A DNA stretch of 64,000 nt from an uncultured virus (IMG/VR IMGVR_UViG_3300037507_001084) (Duplodnaviria > Heunggongvirae > Uroviricota > Caudoviricetes), in IMG/VR virus record IMGVR_UViG_3300037507_001084. One strand, 5' to 3'. Below the pieces are notes generated by a model. The model worked only from the letters and a program-made list of their open reading frames with translations. It was not told where the DNA came from and ran no database searches. This document shows, one piece after another, positions 31,628-39,969 of the stretch; position 1 is the first letter of the stretch, and each line of letters opens with the position of its first letter. The position numbers and the translations under genes were made by a program.

Positions 31628-32028
31628 CAATTGATTTTAATAAGTATGTTGAGTTTGTTGGTGCCGTCACCAGTCCAGCATCACGCGATACTAGTGAGTT
31701 TGTTGCTCGTATTGTAGAACTTAGAGATGAAGGTGCTGATATTCAGCGTCTCATGACTGCTGCTTGTGGTATTACAGCTGAGGGTGGGGAGTTTACTGAG
31801 ATTGTGAAAAAGATTGCTTTCCAAGGTAAACCTTATAACGAAGATAACATCTTCCATATGAAACGTGAACTCGGTGACATTCTGTGGTATGTTGCTCAAG
31901 CATGTATTGCTCTTAATATTTCGTTTGAAGAAATTGCTCAAATGAATTTTGAGAAACTGACTGCTCGATATCCAGAAGGAACCTTCAGTATTGAACGAAG
32001 TGAAAACAGAGTCGCCAACGACCTTTGA
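31624..32028 (+). CDS. mazG: MazG-like nucleotide pyrophosphohydrolase
   Basis: EGGEFTEIVKK, RELGDILWY, KLTARYP. Confidence 0.9.
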   Translation: MTIDFNKYVEFVGAVTSPASRDTSEFVARIVELRDEGADIQRLMTAACGITAEGGEFTEIVKKIAFQGKPYNEDNIFHMKRELGDILWYVAQACIALNISFEEIAQMNFEKLTARYPEGTFSIERSENRVANDL

Positions 32029-32066
32029 TGCTTGCCTCCCCTAAATAATTGGGGAGGTATTTTTAT

Positions 32067-33350
32067 ATGGCAGGCGGTAAAGGACTAACTTGGGGAGAAA
32101 TAACCAAAAGATACAAACAGTGTTTTGAGGTTATATACGACAGAATTAAAAACGACAGACCATTTATTTTGTTGGATAAAAATAGATTGTCTGAAGATAA
32201 TGGCGTGGAAATTTATTTTAAAATGGTTGGCATTAGCATACCAGAAAAAGTAAATGGCAGGTGGAAACAAAGTAAAGAGTTTATAGAATTTCAACCAAAA
32301 AAATTTACTTCATTTGAAAATTTTTATTCTGGGAAAAATGGTATATTGAAAACAATAGAAAATTCAATTAAAAATACTCCAAATTTAGATAAAGCTCCTT
32401 TTCGTGTAAATTTTTATACAACAACAACAAAGTCAACTGCTAGTTCTATTAATAGTGGAAAAATTTTAAAAGATAATGGAATGGGAATGGATGTTGGTTT
32501 TGGTGGAAAAGTTTCTGGTGGAAGTAAACCTGGAATGTATTGGGGCAAATTAGGATTTTATGTGAATACAATTGACTCTTCATATTCACTGAATGACCCA
32601 TCAGCAACCGAACAAGGAGAAGCAGATTTTATAAACACCTTTAATAAAGAACTTGATAATCTTGGTGTTCCATCTATAGACTTACAAATAGGAAATAAAA
32701 CTTTTTCTAATATTGTTGGGGTTAATAAAGTTGAAGGAAAGGTCAAAGCAGATCTTGCCTTTGTTGCTTTAGAAAATAGAAAACTTGTAGATGTTGCTTG
32801 GTTTTCTCATAAGCAAGGATCTCGTGCCAGTCATTTTCAGCAATGGGGTGGCGTTAGTCATTATGCAAATGATAAGGATGGAGCAGATGAAACCTTAGAT
32901 AAGTTTCCAGAGATTAGAGCTTTTGCGAAATACCTTTCTAATTTTTGCGGTGCTGGAATGCAGTATGATTTTCAGCAATCCAGTGGAAGAGGTTTTACCG
33001 CCATGATGGAAATTGAAGATACTGCTTTAAAAATGGAATCTGTTTATGGGAAAAATTTTGGAACTTCCACATACGGAATATCTAATTGTACGGGAGTTTT
33101 ACAAGGAACACCATCATTAAGAAAAATAGGAAGTAAATATAAATTAGAAATGTCTGCTCATTTAATTATGAATCCAACTCCTATGACGGGGGATTATGAA
33201 CCAGTATTAATGCTTATTAACAAAGGTGATAGGCGACAGTATGGCATCCAAGGTGCTAGAGTAGTGGTTCAACCGAGGGCGAGTCGCGCCGCAAAATTCA
33301 TCGTGTCGAAAGACCGCAAAGGAAACTACCAAATGCATCCAGTAACATGA
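32067..33350 (+). CDS. hypothetical protein with a possible PD-(D/E)xK-like nuclease C-terminal half
   Basis: E..E helix, KADLAFV, WFSHKQG; A/T-rich codon usage; GGAGG SD. Confidence 0.55.
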   Translation: MAGGKGLTWGEITKRYKQCFEVIYDRIKNDRPFILLDKNRLSEDNGVEIYFKMVGISIPEKVNGRWKQSKEFIEFQPKKFTSFENFYSGKNGILKTIENSIKNTPNLDKAPFRVNFYTTTTKSTASSINSGKILKDNGMGMDVGFGGKVSGGSKPGMYWGKLGFYVNTIDSSYSLNDPSATEQGEADFINTFNKELDNLGVPSIDLQIGNKTFSNIVGVNKVEGKVKADLAFVALENRKLVDVAWFSHKQGSRASHFQQWGGVSHYANDKDGADETLDKFPEIRAFAKYLSNFCGAGMQYDFQQSSGRGFTAMMEIEDTALKMESVYGKNFGTSTYGISNCTGVLQGTPSLRKIGSKYKLEMSAHLIMNPTPMTGDYEPVLMLINKGDRRQYGIQGARVVVQPRASRAAKFIVSKDRKGNYQMHPVT

Positions 33351-34558
33351 GTAAGAACACTCACCTCGAACACTTAGAAGACAGCATCCTTTTTGATGGT
33401 AAGGAGGGAGCTAAGGATGCGTTTGCGTTTCTTGATGCTCTTACTAAAACTTTTAGTGGCACTCAAACCAGCAACTTTAAAATCACTACCAAGTGGGATG
33501 GTGCTCCTGCTGTGATCTGTGGTATTGATCCAGAAACCAACAAATTTTTTGTTGGAACTAAATCTGTTTTTAATAAGACCGAACCTAAAATTAATTATAA
33601 TGATACTTTTATTGAAGCAAACCACGGCAACTCTCCTGGGTTAGTTGAGAAGTTAAAAGTCGCATTGGAGCATTTTCCTAAACTTGGCATCAAAGGGATC
33701 ATTCAAGGTGACTTGTTGTTCACTGATGATGCCAAAGAGGAGAAGATTGATGGTGTAGATTATCTCACCTTTACTCCTAACACGATTACCTATGCCATCC
33801 CCAAAGGAACTGACGCATACAAAAAAGCAAAGCGAGCTAAGATCGGCGTAGTATTTCACACTCGTTATGTTGGTTCCAGCATCGCAACTTCTAATGCTAC
33901 CTTTGGAGTTGACATCAGTAAGTTTAACAAGACTGATGATGTGTTTGTAATTAGTGCCGAGGTTGACACTCTTGGTAGTAATATGATTCTTAGCGCAACT
34001 GAGAAGAGGAATCTTAATAACATGAAGAGAACTGCTCCTGTTGCTCTTCGCAATGCTGGTTCTTTCTTGGGTGAAGTATCTGCTCAAATTAATTCCAACG
34101 ATAACTTTAGCGTTGGCACTCGTTTAAAAACTTACTTCAATACCTATGTAAGAGAAGGCAAACGTATCAATAATGTTAACAAATTTATCAGCGACTTCAA
34201 GAATGCTTATCACGAAACGATGATGAAGGAAGTTAACAAAGTGAAGCAGGAGAAAACCAAAGCTGCTAAACTGAAGAAACTCTATGATGGTATCGAGTTC
34301 GTGGATTCCAACATCGCTGGATTCAAGGCAACGATCACCCTCTATGTTATTCTTCAGAATGCCAAGAATCTGTTTGTGAAGAAACTGGAATCTGCTGATA
34401 GCACTCGCACTTTCCTTCGCACTGATGATGGATTTAAAGTTACTGCTCCTGAAGGATTTGTGGCTATCAAGGATGGTTCTGCTACCAAGTTAGTTGACCG
34501 CCTTGAGTTCAGTCAGGCAAACTTCACGCTTCAAAAGAACTGGGTGAAAGGAAACTAA
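33347..34558 (+). CDS. DUF6267-like protein with ligase/capping-type nucleotidyltransferase motifs
   Basis: KNTHLEHLED, TTKWDG, QGDLLF, EGFV, KLVDR. Confidence 0.75.
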   Translation: MSKNTHLEHLEDSILFDGKEGAKDAFAFLDALTKTFSGTQTSNFKITTKWDGAPAVICGIDPETNKFFVGTKSVFNKTEPKINYNDTFIEANHGNSPGLVEKLKVALEHFPKLGIKGIIQGDLLFTDDAKEEKIDGVDYLTFTPNTITYAIPKGTDAYKKAKRAKIGVVFHTRYVGSSIATSNATFGVDISKFNKTDDVFVISAEVDTLGSNMILSATEKRNLNNMKRTAPVALRNAGSFLGEVSAQINSNDNFSVGTRLKTYFNTYVREGKRINNVNKFISDFKNAYHETMMKEVNKVKQEKTKAAKLKKLYDGIEFVDSNIAGFKATITLYVILQNAKNLFVKKLESADSTRTFLRTDDGFKVTAPEGFVAIKDGSATKLVDRLEFSQANFTLQKNWVKGN

Positions 34559-34570
34559 ATACTAATAAAA

Positions 34571-35125
34571 ATGTTTAAGAGAGTAGTCATTACTTTCGGT
34601 CGCTTCAATCCTCCCACAATCGGTCATGAAAAATTGATCAATGCTGTGGCGAGGATTGCTGGAACCGATGACTATAAAATCTATACCAGTCATACAAAAG
34701 ACAAGAAGAAGAATCCTTTATCTTCTGAACAGAAAGTTGGTTACATGAAAAAAATGTTTCCAAGACATAAGGATCATATTATGTTAGATACAGATTTGAA
34801 GACTATTATTAAAGTTCTTCAAAGTTTACAAGGTGAATATTCTGATCTTACTCTTGTGGTTGGTAGTGATCGTGTGTCTGAAATGGATACTTTGATCCAG
34901 CGTTACAATGGAACAGAGTATACATTTAGATCTCTTGAAACAAAATCTGCTGGTGAACGAGATCCTGATGCTGATGGGGCAACTGGAATGTCAGCTAGTA
35001 AAATGAGAGAGGCAGCAACAAATGGAAACATTGCTGTATTTCGTCAAGGAATTCCAACAACTTTAGATGACAAAGAAATGATGAAATTAATGACAGAAGT
35101 TAGAGAAGGATTGGGAATTAAATGA
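34571..35125 (+). CDS. cytidylyltransferase-like (HxGH family) nucleotidyltransferase
   Basis: FGRFNPPTIGH, VVGSDR, MSASKMR. Confidence 0.85.
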   Translation: MFKRVVITFGRFNPPTIGHEKLINAVARIAGTDDYKIYTSHTKDKKKNPLSSEQKVGYMKKMFPRHKDHIMLDTDLKTIIKVLQSLQGEYSDLTLVVGSDRVSEMDTLIQRYNGTEYTFRSLETKSAGERDPDADGATGMSASKMREAATNGNIAVFRQGIPTTLDDKEMMKLMTEVREGLGIK

Positions 35126-35409
35126 AATCACTTAAAGAACTATTAGCACAATCGAAACAAAAATCTTACATGCTCGGTAATGTATTTGCTGAGGGTGATT
35201 GGGTTCAAAATTCTAATGGTGAAGCAGGAAGAATTCATCGCCGTGGAGTTAATTATGTTATTGCTGTTACTAATGAAGGTAAGATGTTTCGCGCTTGGGT
35301 GAAAGATATTAAAGAACATTGTGGATGTGATGAAAAAGAGATGAGTGCTAAGGATAAGGTCAAGTCATTTATAAATAAAAATAAACGACAAAAGACCAAT
35401 GACAATTGA
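35122..35409 (+). CDS. hypothetical protein (possible SH3/KOW-like)
   Basis: Coupled ORF; GRIHRRGVNYVI...RAWVKD. Confidence 0.6.
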   Translation: MKSLKELLAQSKQKSYMLGNVFAEGDWVQNSNGEAGRIHRRGVNYVIAVTNEGKMFRAWVKDIKEHCGCDEKEMSAKDKVKSFINKNKRQKTNDN

Positions 35410-36019
35410 TGAGTTTTCAAAAAGTCTAATTGAAAGGGCAATTGCCGAATTAGATGAAGCAAAAAACAAAGAAGGCAAGGAACAAGGTGCTGACGGCAAA
35501 GCTTGTTGGAAAGGTTATAAGTATGCTGGCACTGAGAATGGTAAAGATAAGTGCGTGAAGGCAGGGTATGAAATGGATGGGGGCGAAGAACTATCCGAAA
35601 GAAAAGATATGCCTGGCAATCAAGAAAAGATTGATGCCAACAAGAATGGTAAAGTAGATGCTCATGACTTTGCTCTTCTTCGCGCAAAGAAAGCTAAGAA
35701 ATCAGTAAAAGAAATGTGGGAGAAGGCAGCAGAAATTGCTGAGGGAAAGAAAGTTGAGATTGAAGTAATGCCAGATGTTGATATTCCCAATGATCCAGAA
35801 AAAGAAACTGGTAAGAAAGCAAAGAAAGAAAAAGAACTAAAGAAAGAAGAAGTGGAAATTCTTGACGAGAAAAAACTTTCTAAGGCAGAAGCAGCAAAGA
35901 AAGAAAAATTTGTTAAAGGTATGAAGAAGAAGTTTGGTTCCTTCAAGACAAAGTATGGCGACAGAGCAAAAGAAGTGATGTATGGAACTGCTACCACAAT
36001 GGCAAAAAAATCAGCCTAA
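35399..36019 (+). CDS. Lys/Glu-rich protein, putative head-internal protein
   Basis: ACWKGYK, IDANKNGKVDAHDF, MYGTATTMAK modules separated by LDE/LSE/IAE. Confidence 0.6.
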   Translation: MTIDEFSKSLIERAIAELDEAKNKEGKEQGADGKACWKGYKYAGTENGKDKCVKAGYEMDGGEELSERKDMPGNQEKIDANKNGKVDAHDFALLRAKKAKKSVKEMWEKAAEIAEGKKVEIEVMPDVDIPNDPEKETGKKAKKEKELKKEEVEILDEKKLSKAEAAKKEKFVKGMKKKFGSFKTKYGDRAKEVMYGTATTMAKKSA

Positions 36020-36050
36020 ATAGCTGTAAACTCTCTTAGAGGATATAACC

Positions 36051-36221
36051 ATGGGCGCACTCGTAGAACTAGTAAAACCAATTATTTTTGCAGCACTTAA
36101 CAGCTGCCATACCAAGAAACTCGTTTGTGATCTACTTGACAAGTATGTTGAGAAGACAGACAACGATGTTGACAACGTAATCGCATCAACAGTAAGAGTT
36201 GCCCTTATGAAGGGTTGCTGA
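36051..36221 (+). CDS. small hypothetical protein (56 aa; not in the ORF track)
   Basis: AGGA SD; MGALVELVKPIIFAALNSCHTKKLVCDLLDKYVEKTDNDVDN...; CTAAATA upstream. Confidence 0.7.
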   Translation: MGALVELVKPIIFAALNSCHTKKLVCDLLDKYVEKTDNDVDNVIASTVRVALMKGC

Positions 36222-36242
36222 TAATCAAATCATATGTGCTTG

Positions 36243-36267
36243 GGGATGCTTAGGCATCCCTTTTTTT
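36243..36267 (+). terminator. intrinsic terminator
   Basis: GGGATGC-TTAG-GCATCCC followed by T7. Confidence 0.85.
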
Positions 36268-36310
36268 ATAAATACTTTTTAGAAAAGCAAATATTGTATA
36301 GAGGAAACCG

Positions 36311-37429
36311 ATGGCAATTTTCGGAACAATTGACGCAAAGGCGTTAGCAAATAATGTTAGTGTTACTAATGGTAGCACAACTGTTACTACAACTGGCGAC
36401 TTCACTGATAGAACAACCAACGATTTTGTTCAAAACGGAGACGTTCTTTCTTTATCTGGTGTTCAGTATACTGTTGAGTCTGTAGTTTCGGCAACCACAC
36501 TCAAACTTAAAGTAGCATACGCAGGCACAACTGGAACCGTTACTGCTGCTAATGCTATTCGCAGAACTCCTCCAAAAGAAGTAGCAGCTCGTCTTCTACA
36601 TGAAAGTCATTATCCAAGCGGCACTAATTTTATTTTCGTTGATGATACCGAAGCTGCTTTAGAAGAGAATAAGATTCGTGGTCTCAAGTGGCCAGGTTGG
36701 TGGTTATATAGAACCTACACTGATGGCGACGGCAACACTCGTCACAAGGCAGAGTGTATTGCGTTTGCCAATCAGACCGCTGCTAACGCTGGTGACTATG
36801 GCACCGCTCAGGGTGGAACCGAAGATAATCCTGCTGCTGATGTAGCATCTGCTATTACAATTTCTGGACAACCTGCTAACGCCACTGCTTTCACACCTGC
36901 TGGTTCGATTACCAATTACACAGCTGGAACAACTACAACTATTGTTGGTCAAGCAAATCAAGTTTATACTCTAACTGGTCTTGCTGGATCAGTTGCTGGA
37001 ACTGGAGCAGCATTCACTGTAACCAGAGGTGCTGGTGGAGCAGTAAGCAGTGTTGCTATTACTGCTGTTGGTACTGGATTTGCTGCTGCCGAAACCATTA
37101 CTATTCTTGGTTCTCTAATTGGTGGTGTTGATGTAACTGATAATTTGGTACTCACTGTAACTGCTGTTGGAACTGCTGCTGCTACCTTCTCGGTAACTGC
37201 TGCGGTTGGAACTGGAACTCTCATCTATCAGTGGCAAGTTCAAAATGCTTCGCAGACAACTAAGTGGAGCAACATCACTGGTGCTACATCATCTTCACTT
37301 GCGCTCACTGGTCTTCTCGTTGGTGACAGCGGTAAGAAATATCGTGTCAAGATTGGTGGATCTGCTGGAGGCGAGGAAGTTATTTCTAATACAGCAACCC
37401 TAACAGTTGATAATAATAATTTTGCTTGA
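36311..37429 (+). CDS. virion structural protein with an Ig-like C-terminal domain
   Basis: Late promoter TATAAATA; Thr/Ala/Gly-rich; IYQWQ...GATSSSL...DSGKKYRV. Confidence 0.7.
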   Translation: MAIFGTIDAKALANNVSVTNGSTTVTTTGDFTDRTTNDFVQNGDVLSLSGVQYTVESVVSATTLKLKVAYAGTTGTVTAANAIRRTPPKEVAARLLHESHYPSGTNFIFVDDTEAALEENKIRGLKWPGWWLYRTYTDGDGNTRHKAECIAFANQTAANAGDYGTAQGGTEDNPAADVASAITISGQPANATAFTPAGSITNYTAGTTTTIVGQANQVYTLTGLAGSVAGTGAAFTVTRGAGGAVSSVAITAVGTGFAAAETITILGSLIGGVDVTDNLVLTVTAVGTAAATFSVTAAVGTGTLIYQWQVQNASQTTKWSNITGATSSSLALTGLLVGDSGKKYRVKIGGSAGGEEVISNTATLTVDNNNFA

Positions 37430-37435
37430 TGATGT

Positions 37436-37795
37436 ATGATCTTTCATGAGTTGACACCAGATAACTGGTTGTTGTTTGCGATAAAAAACTACAACAATCC
37501 GTTATCTGTTACATATGATGACTTCGAAGAGGACTTACAAAAGTTCAAATATATCAAAAGATTACTTCGACGTTATGAAACTACGGGTGAATTGAAACAT
37601 CACTTAATTCTTAATCATATAATTACATTATATAATGTATTCAATGACGCAGCAACGCTGCTTCTATTCTATAAAATAGAATCGCAATACTGGTCAATTT
37701 TAAAAGCATATATGTTATTCTTGGATAGATTGCCAGAAAACGTAGACACAACAGATGTAGACGAACAATGTCTGAAACTTCTCAAACTACTGTGA
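37436..37795 (+). CDS. conserved T4-like phage hypothetical protein
   Basis: FAIKNYNNP, FKYIKRLL, HLILNHII.LYNVF. Confidence 0.75.
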   Translation: MIFHELTPDNWLLFAIKNYNNPLSVTYDDFEEDLQKFKYIKRLLRRYETTGELKHHLILNHIITLYNVFNDAATLLLFYKIESQYWSILKAYMLFLDRLPENVDTTDVDEQCLKLLKLL

Positions 37796-38547
37796 ATGAA
37801 ATGATGGCAGGTGATGGATCTGGACTAGCACTTCCTCCTGCCTTTGTCTTTGTTAACACAGCAAAGAAAAAGAAAAATCTGAAAAAGACCAAAGATGAAA
37901 AGATTGATGGTCGTAAAAAAAGTGCTAGAAAATTAATCCAACGAGTTATGTCAAGGAGGAAAACTAAAATGTCTGAAGAAAATATGGAAATGATCTCAGA
38001 AGTAACATCTGAAACTGAGAAGGCTCAAAAGCAAATTAAAGCTGCCAAGCAGATGAGAGCTAAGAAAGAACTTCAAAAGAAGCGCGGAGAAGCGAAGCAG
38101 CAAGCACAAGACAAGTCTGATGAAATGAATACTTTGCTTAAGGCACGTATGTCAGACTTTAGAAAAAAAGCAGCATCGAAGCAACAAAAAGCACAGAAGC
38201 AAGTAGTTCAAAAGAATTCTTTTGATCCACAAGGTAATGTTATTTCGGAGATGGATCAAATGATTAGCGTACCTAGAACTGGTTCTGCTGGTGGTGTAGA
38301 TGTATTCACCACTGCTTTAAAGGTTGCTGAAGAAGGTTCGGCATATGGCAGAGATCCAGAGACATCATTTGCTAATCTTGTATTCCAAGACGGCACTGGT
38401 GGAAGAATTGGTGTCTTTGATGCCAAAAGAATTCTAGCAACTTATGAAGGTTTATCCCCAGAGAATAGAGACAAGTTCCGTGTAATGCTCAACATGAGCG
38501 CATCTTCATATCAAAAGGCACTTGACTTCGCCGTTCGTAACGTTTGA
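37768..38547 (+). CDS. hypothetical basic coiled-coil protein
   Basis: Long ORF; KIDGRKK motif; ISE/VNE sites. Confidence 0.6.
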   Translation: MSETSQTTVNEMMAGDGSGLALPPAFVFVNTAKKKKNLKKTKDEKIDGRKKSARKLIQRVMSRRKTKMSEENMEMISEVTSETEKAQKQIKAAKQMRAKKELQKKRGEAKQQAQDKSDEMNTLLKARMSDFRKKAASKQQKAQKQVVQKNSFDPQGNVISEMDQMISVPRTGSAGGVDVFTTALKVAEEGSAYGRDPETSFANLVFQDGTGGRIGVFDAKRILATYEGLSPENRDKFRVMLNMSASSYQKALDFAVRNV

Positions 38548-38560
38548 TAAAGAGGAAAAG

Positions 38561-38983
38561 ATGTTTAACGGAAACTCATCGAAATTAGATGTATTGGAAT
38601 CTAAATTAAACATCTACGAATCACTCTCAAGGGAGATGCTCGACAAGTTGGAAACAGCAGTAGATAAAATCTCTGATGCGAATCAGCGTATTGCTAACAT
38701 TCTGACAAAACATGATGAGCGTATTGAGCAAAGCATAAAGACAGACGAACTCATTATCAAAATGATTGAGGATGTCAAGCACCAAAACTCAATCGAACAT
38801 GCTTCGGTCATCAAAAGACTAGAGACAGTTGAAAACAATGTTAACGAGTTATCAAAATTCAAATGGCAGGCAGCAGCTCTCGTTGGGGCTGCTGTTTTGC
38901 TTGTGGGGTTGGTCGTTCCCTTTGTTGACAACATGCTCGGATCGCACTATAATGGGGGTAGTCAGCAAACCTACACTAGATAA
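38561..38983 (+). CDS. coiled-coil protein with a C-terminal transmembrane helix
   Basis: GAGG SD; WQAAALVGAAVLLVGLVVPFV. Confidence 0.65.
   Translation: MFNGNSSKLDVLESKLNIYESLSREMLDKLETAVDKISDANQRIANILTKHDERIEQSIKTDELIIKMIEDVKHQNSIEHASVIKRLETVENNVNELSKFKWQAAALVGAAVLLVGLVVPFVDNMLGSHYNGGSQQTYTR
38925..38953 (+). promoter_or_regulatory. sigma70-type promoter for the primase gene
   Basis: TTGACA-17-TATAAT. Confidence 0.65.
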
Positions 38984-39969
38984 TGAACTACATTGACACC
39001 AAGTATATTGGTTTGGTCTCTTCACAACTCCTTAAGTTTACTGAGAAAAAGAAAGGAACTTACAATTTCCGTTGTCCCTATTGTGGTGACTCGGAGAAGA
39101 AGCAGAATAAGGCACGAGGATATCTCTTCTCGATGAGAGATAGCTTTGTGTATAAGTGTCATAACTGTGGAGTCACTCGTAACTTCTCACAGTTTCTGAA
39201 GGACCAGAACACTATGCTCCATGATGAGTATGTGTTGGAGCGTTATAAGGAAGGCATGACTGGCAAGAATTATCAGGTAGAAACTCCAGATTTTAAACCA
39301 TTTGTTTCCACTCCAGTTTTTAAAAAAAATATTTTTAGCGAATTACCAATTATCGAATCGCTAAATACTACACACCCAGCAAAACAATATCTGCTCGCAC
39401 GAAAGATACCAGAGATTTATTTCTCAAACTTCTATTACGCAGAGAATTTTAACGCTTGGGAGAATAATAAAAATACAATTAAAGAACCTAGAATTATACT
39501 CCCACTAATCTCGGAAGATGGAAATGTATTCGGATATCAAGCAAGGTCTCTTAACAAAAATTCAAACCTTCGCTATATCACTACCATCTTGGATAAGCAA
39601 TATCCTAAACTATTTGGACTTGATCGTATAAACACAAATGAAAATATCTACGTTACAGAGGGTCCGTTCGACTCTCTTTTCTTGTCTAATGGACTGGCGA
39701 TGTGTGGCGCTGATGTTGTACTTGACGGGGTACGTTATCCTAGTCGGACATTTGTTTACGACAACGAACCAAGAAACAAACAAATCGTTGAACGATACGA
39801 AAGGTGTATTGACAAAGGAGAGAGCATTGTAATTTGGCCAGAGTCAGTTAAGGAAAAAGATATCAACGATATGGTCTTGGCTGGACATGACGTACAATCC
39901 ATGGTAGAATGTAACACCTATAATGGTTTAGAAGCAAAAGTAAAACTTAGTCTTTGGAAGAAAATATGA
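38983..39969 (+). CDS. gp61: DNA primase
   Basis: CPYCGDS...CHNC, VTEGPFDS, DNEPRN, KDINDM. Confidence 0.95.
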   Translation: MNYIDTKYIGLVSSQLLKFTEKKKGTYNFRCPYCGDSEKKQNKARGYLFSMRDSFVYKCHNCGVTRNFSQFLKDQNTMLHDEYVLERYKEGMTGKNYQVETPDFKPFVSTPVFKKNIFSELPIIESLNTTHPAKQYLLARKIPEIYFSNFYYAENFNAWENNKNTIKEPRIILPLISEDGNVFGYQARSLNKNSNLRYITTILDKQYPKLFGLDRINTNENIYVTEGPFDSLFLSNGLAMCGADVVLDGVRYPSRTFVYDNEPRNKQIVERYERCIDKGESIVIWPESVKEKDINDMVLAGHDVQSMVECNTYNGLEAKVKLSLWKKI

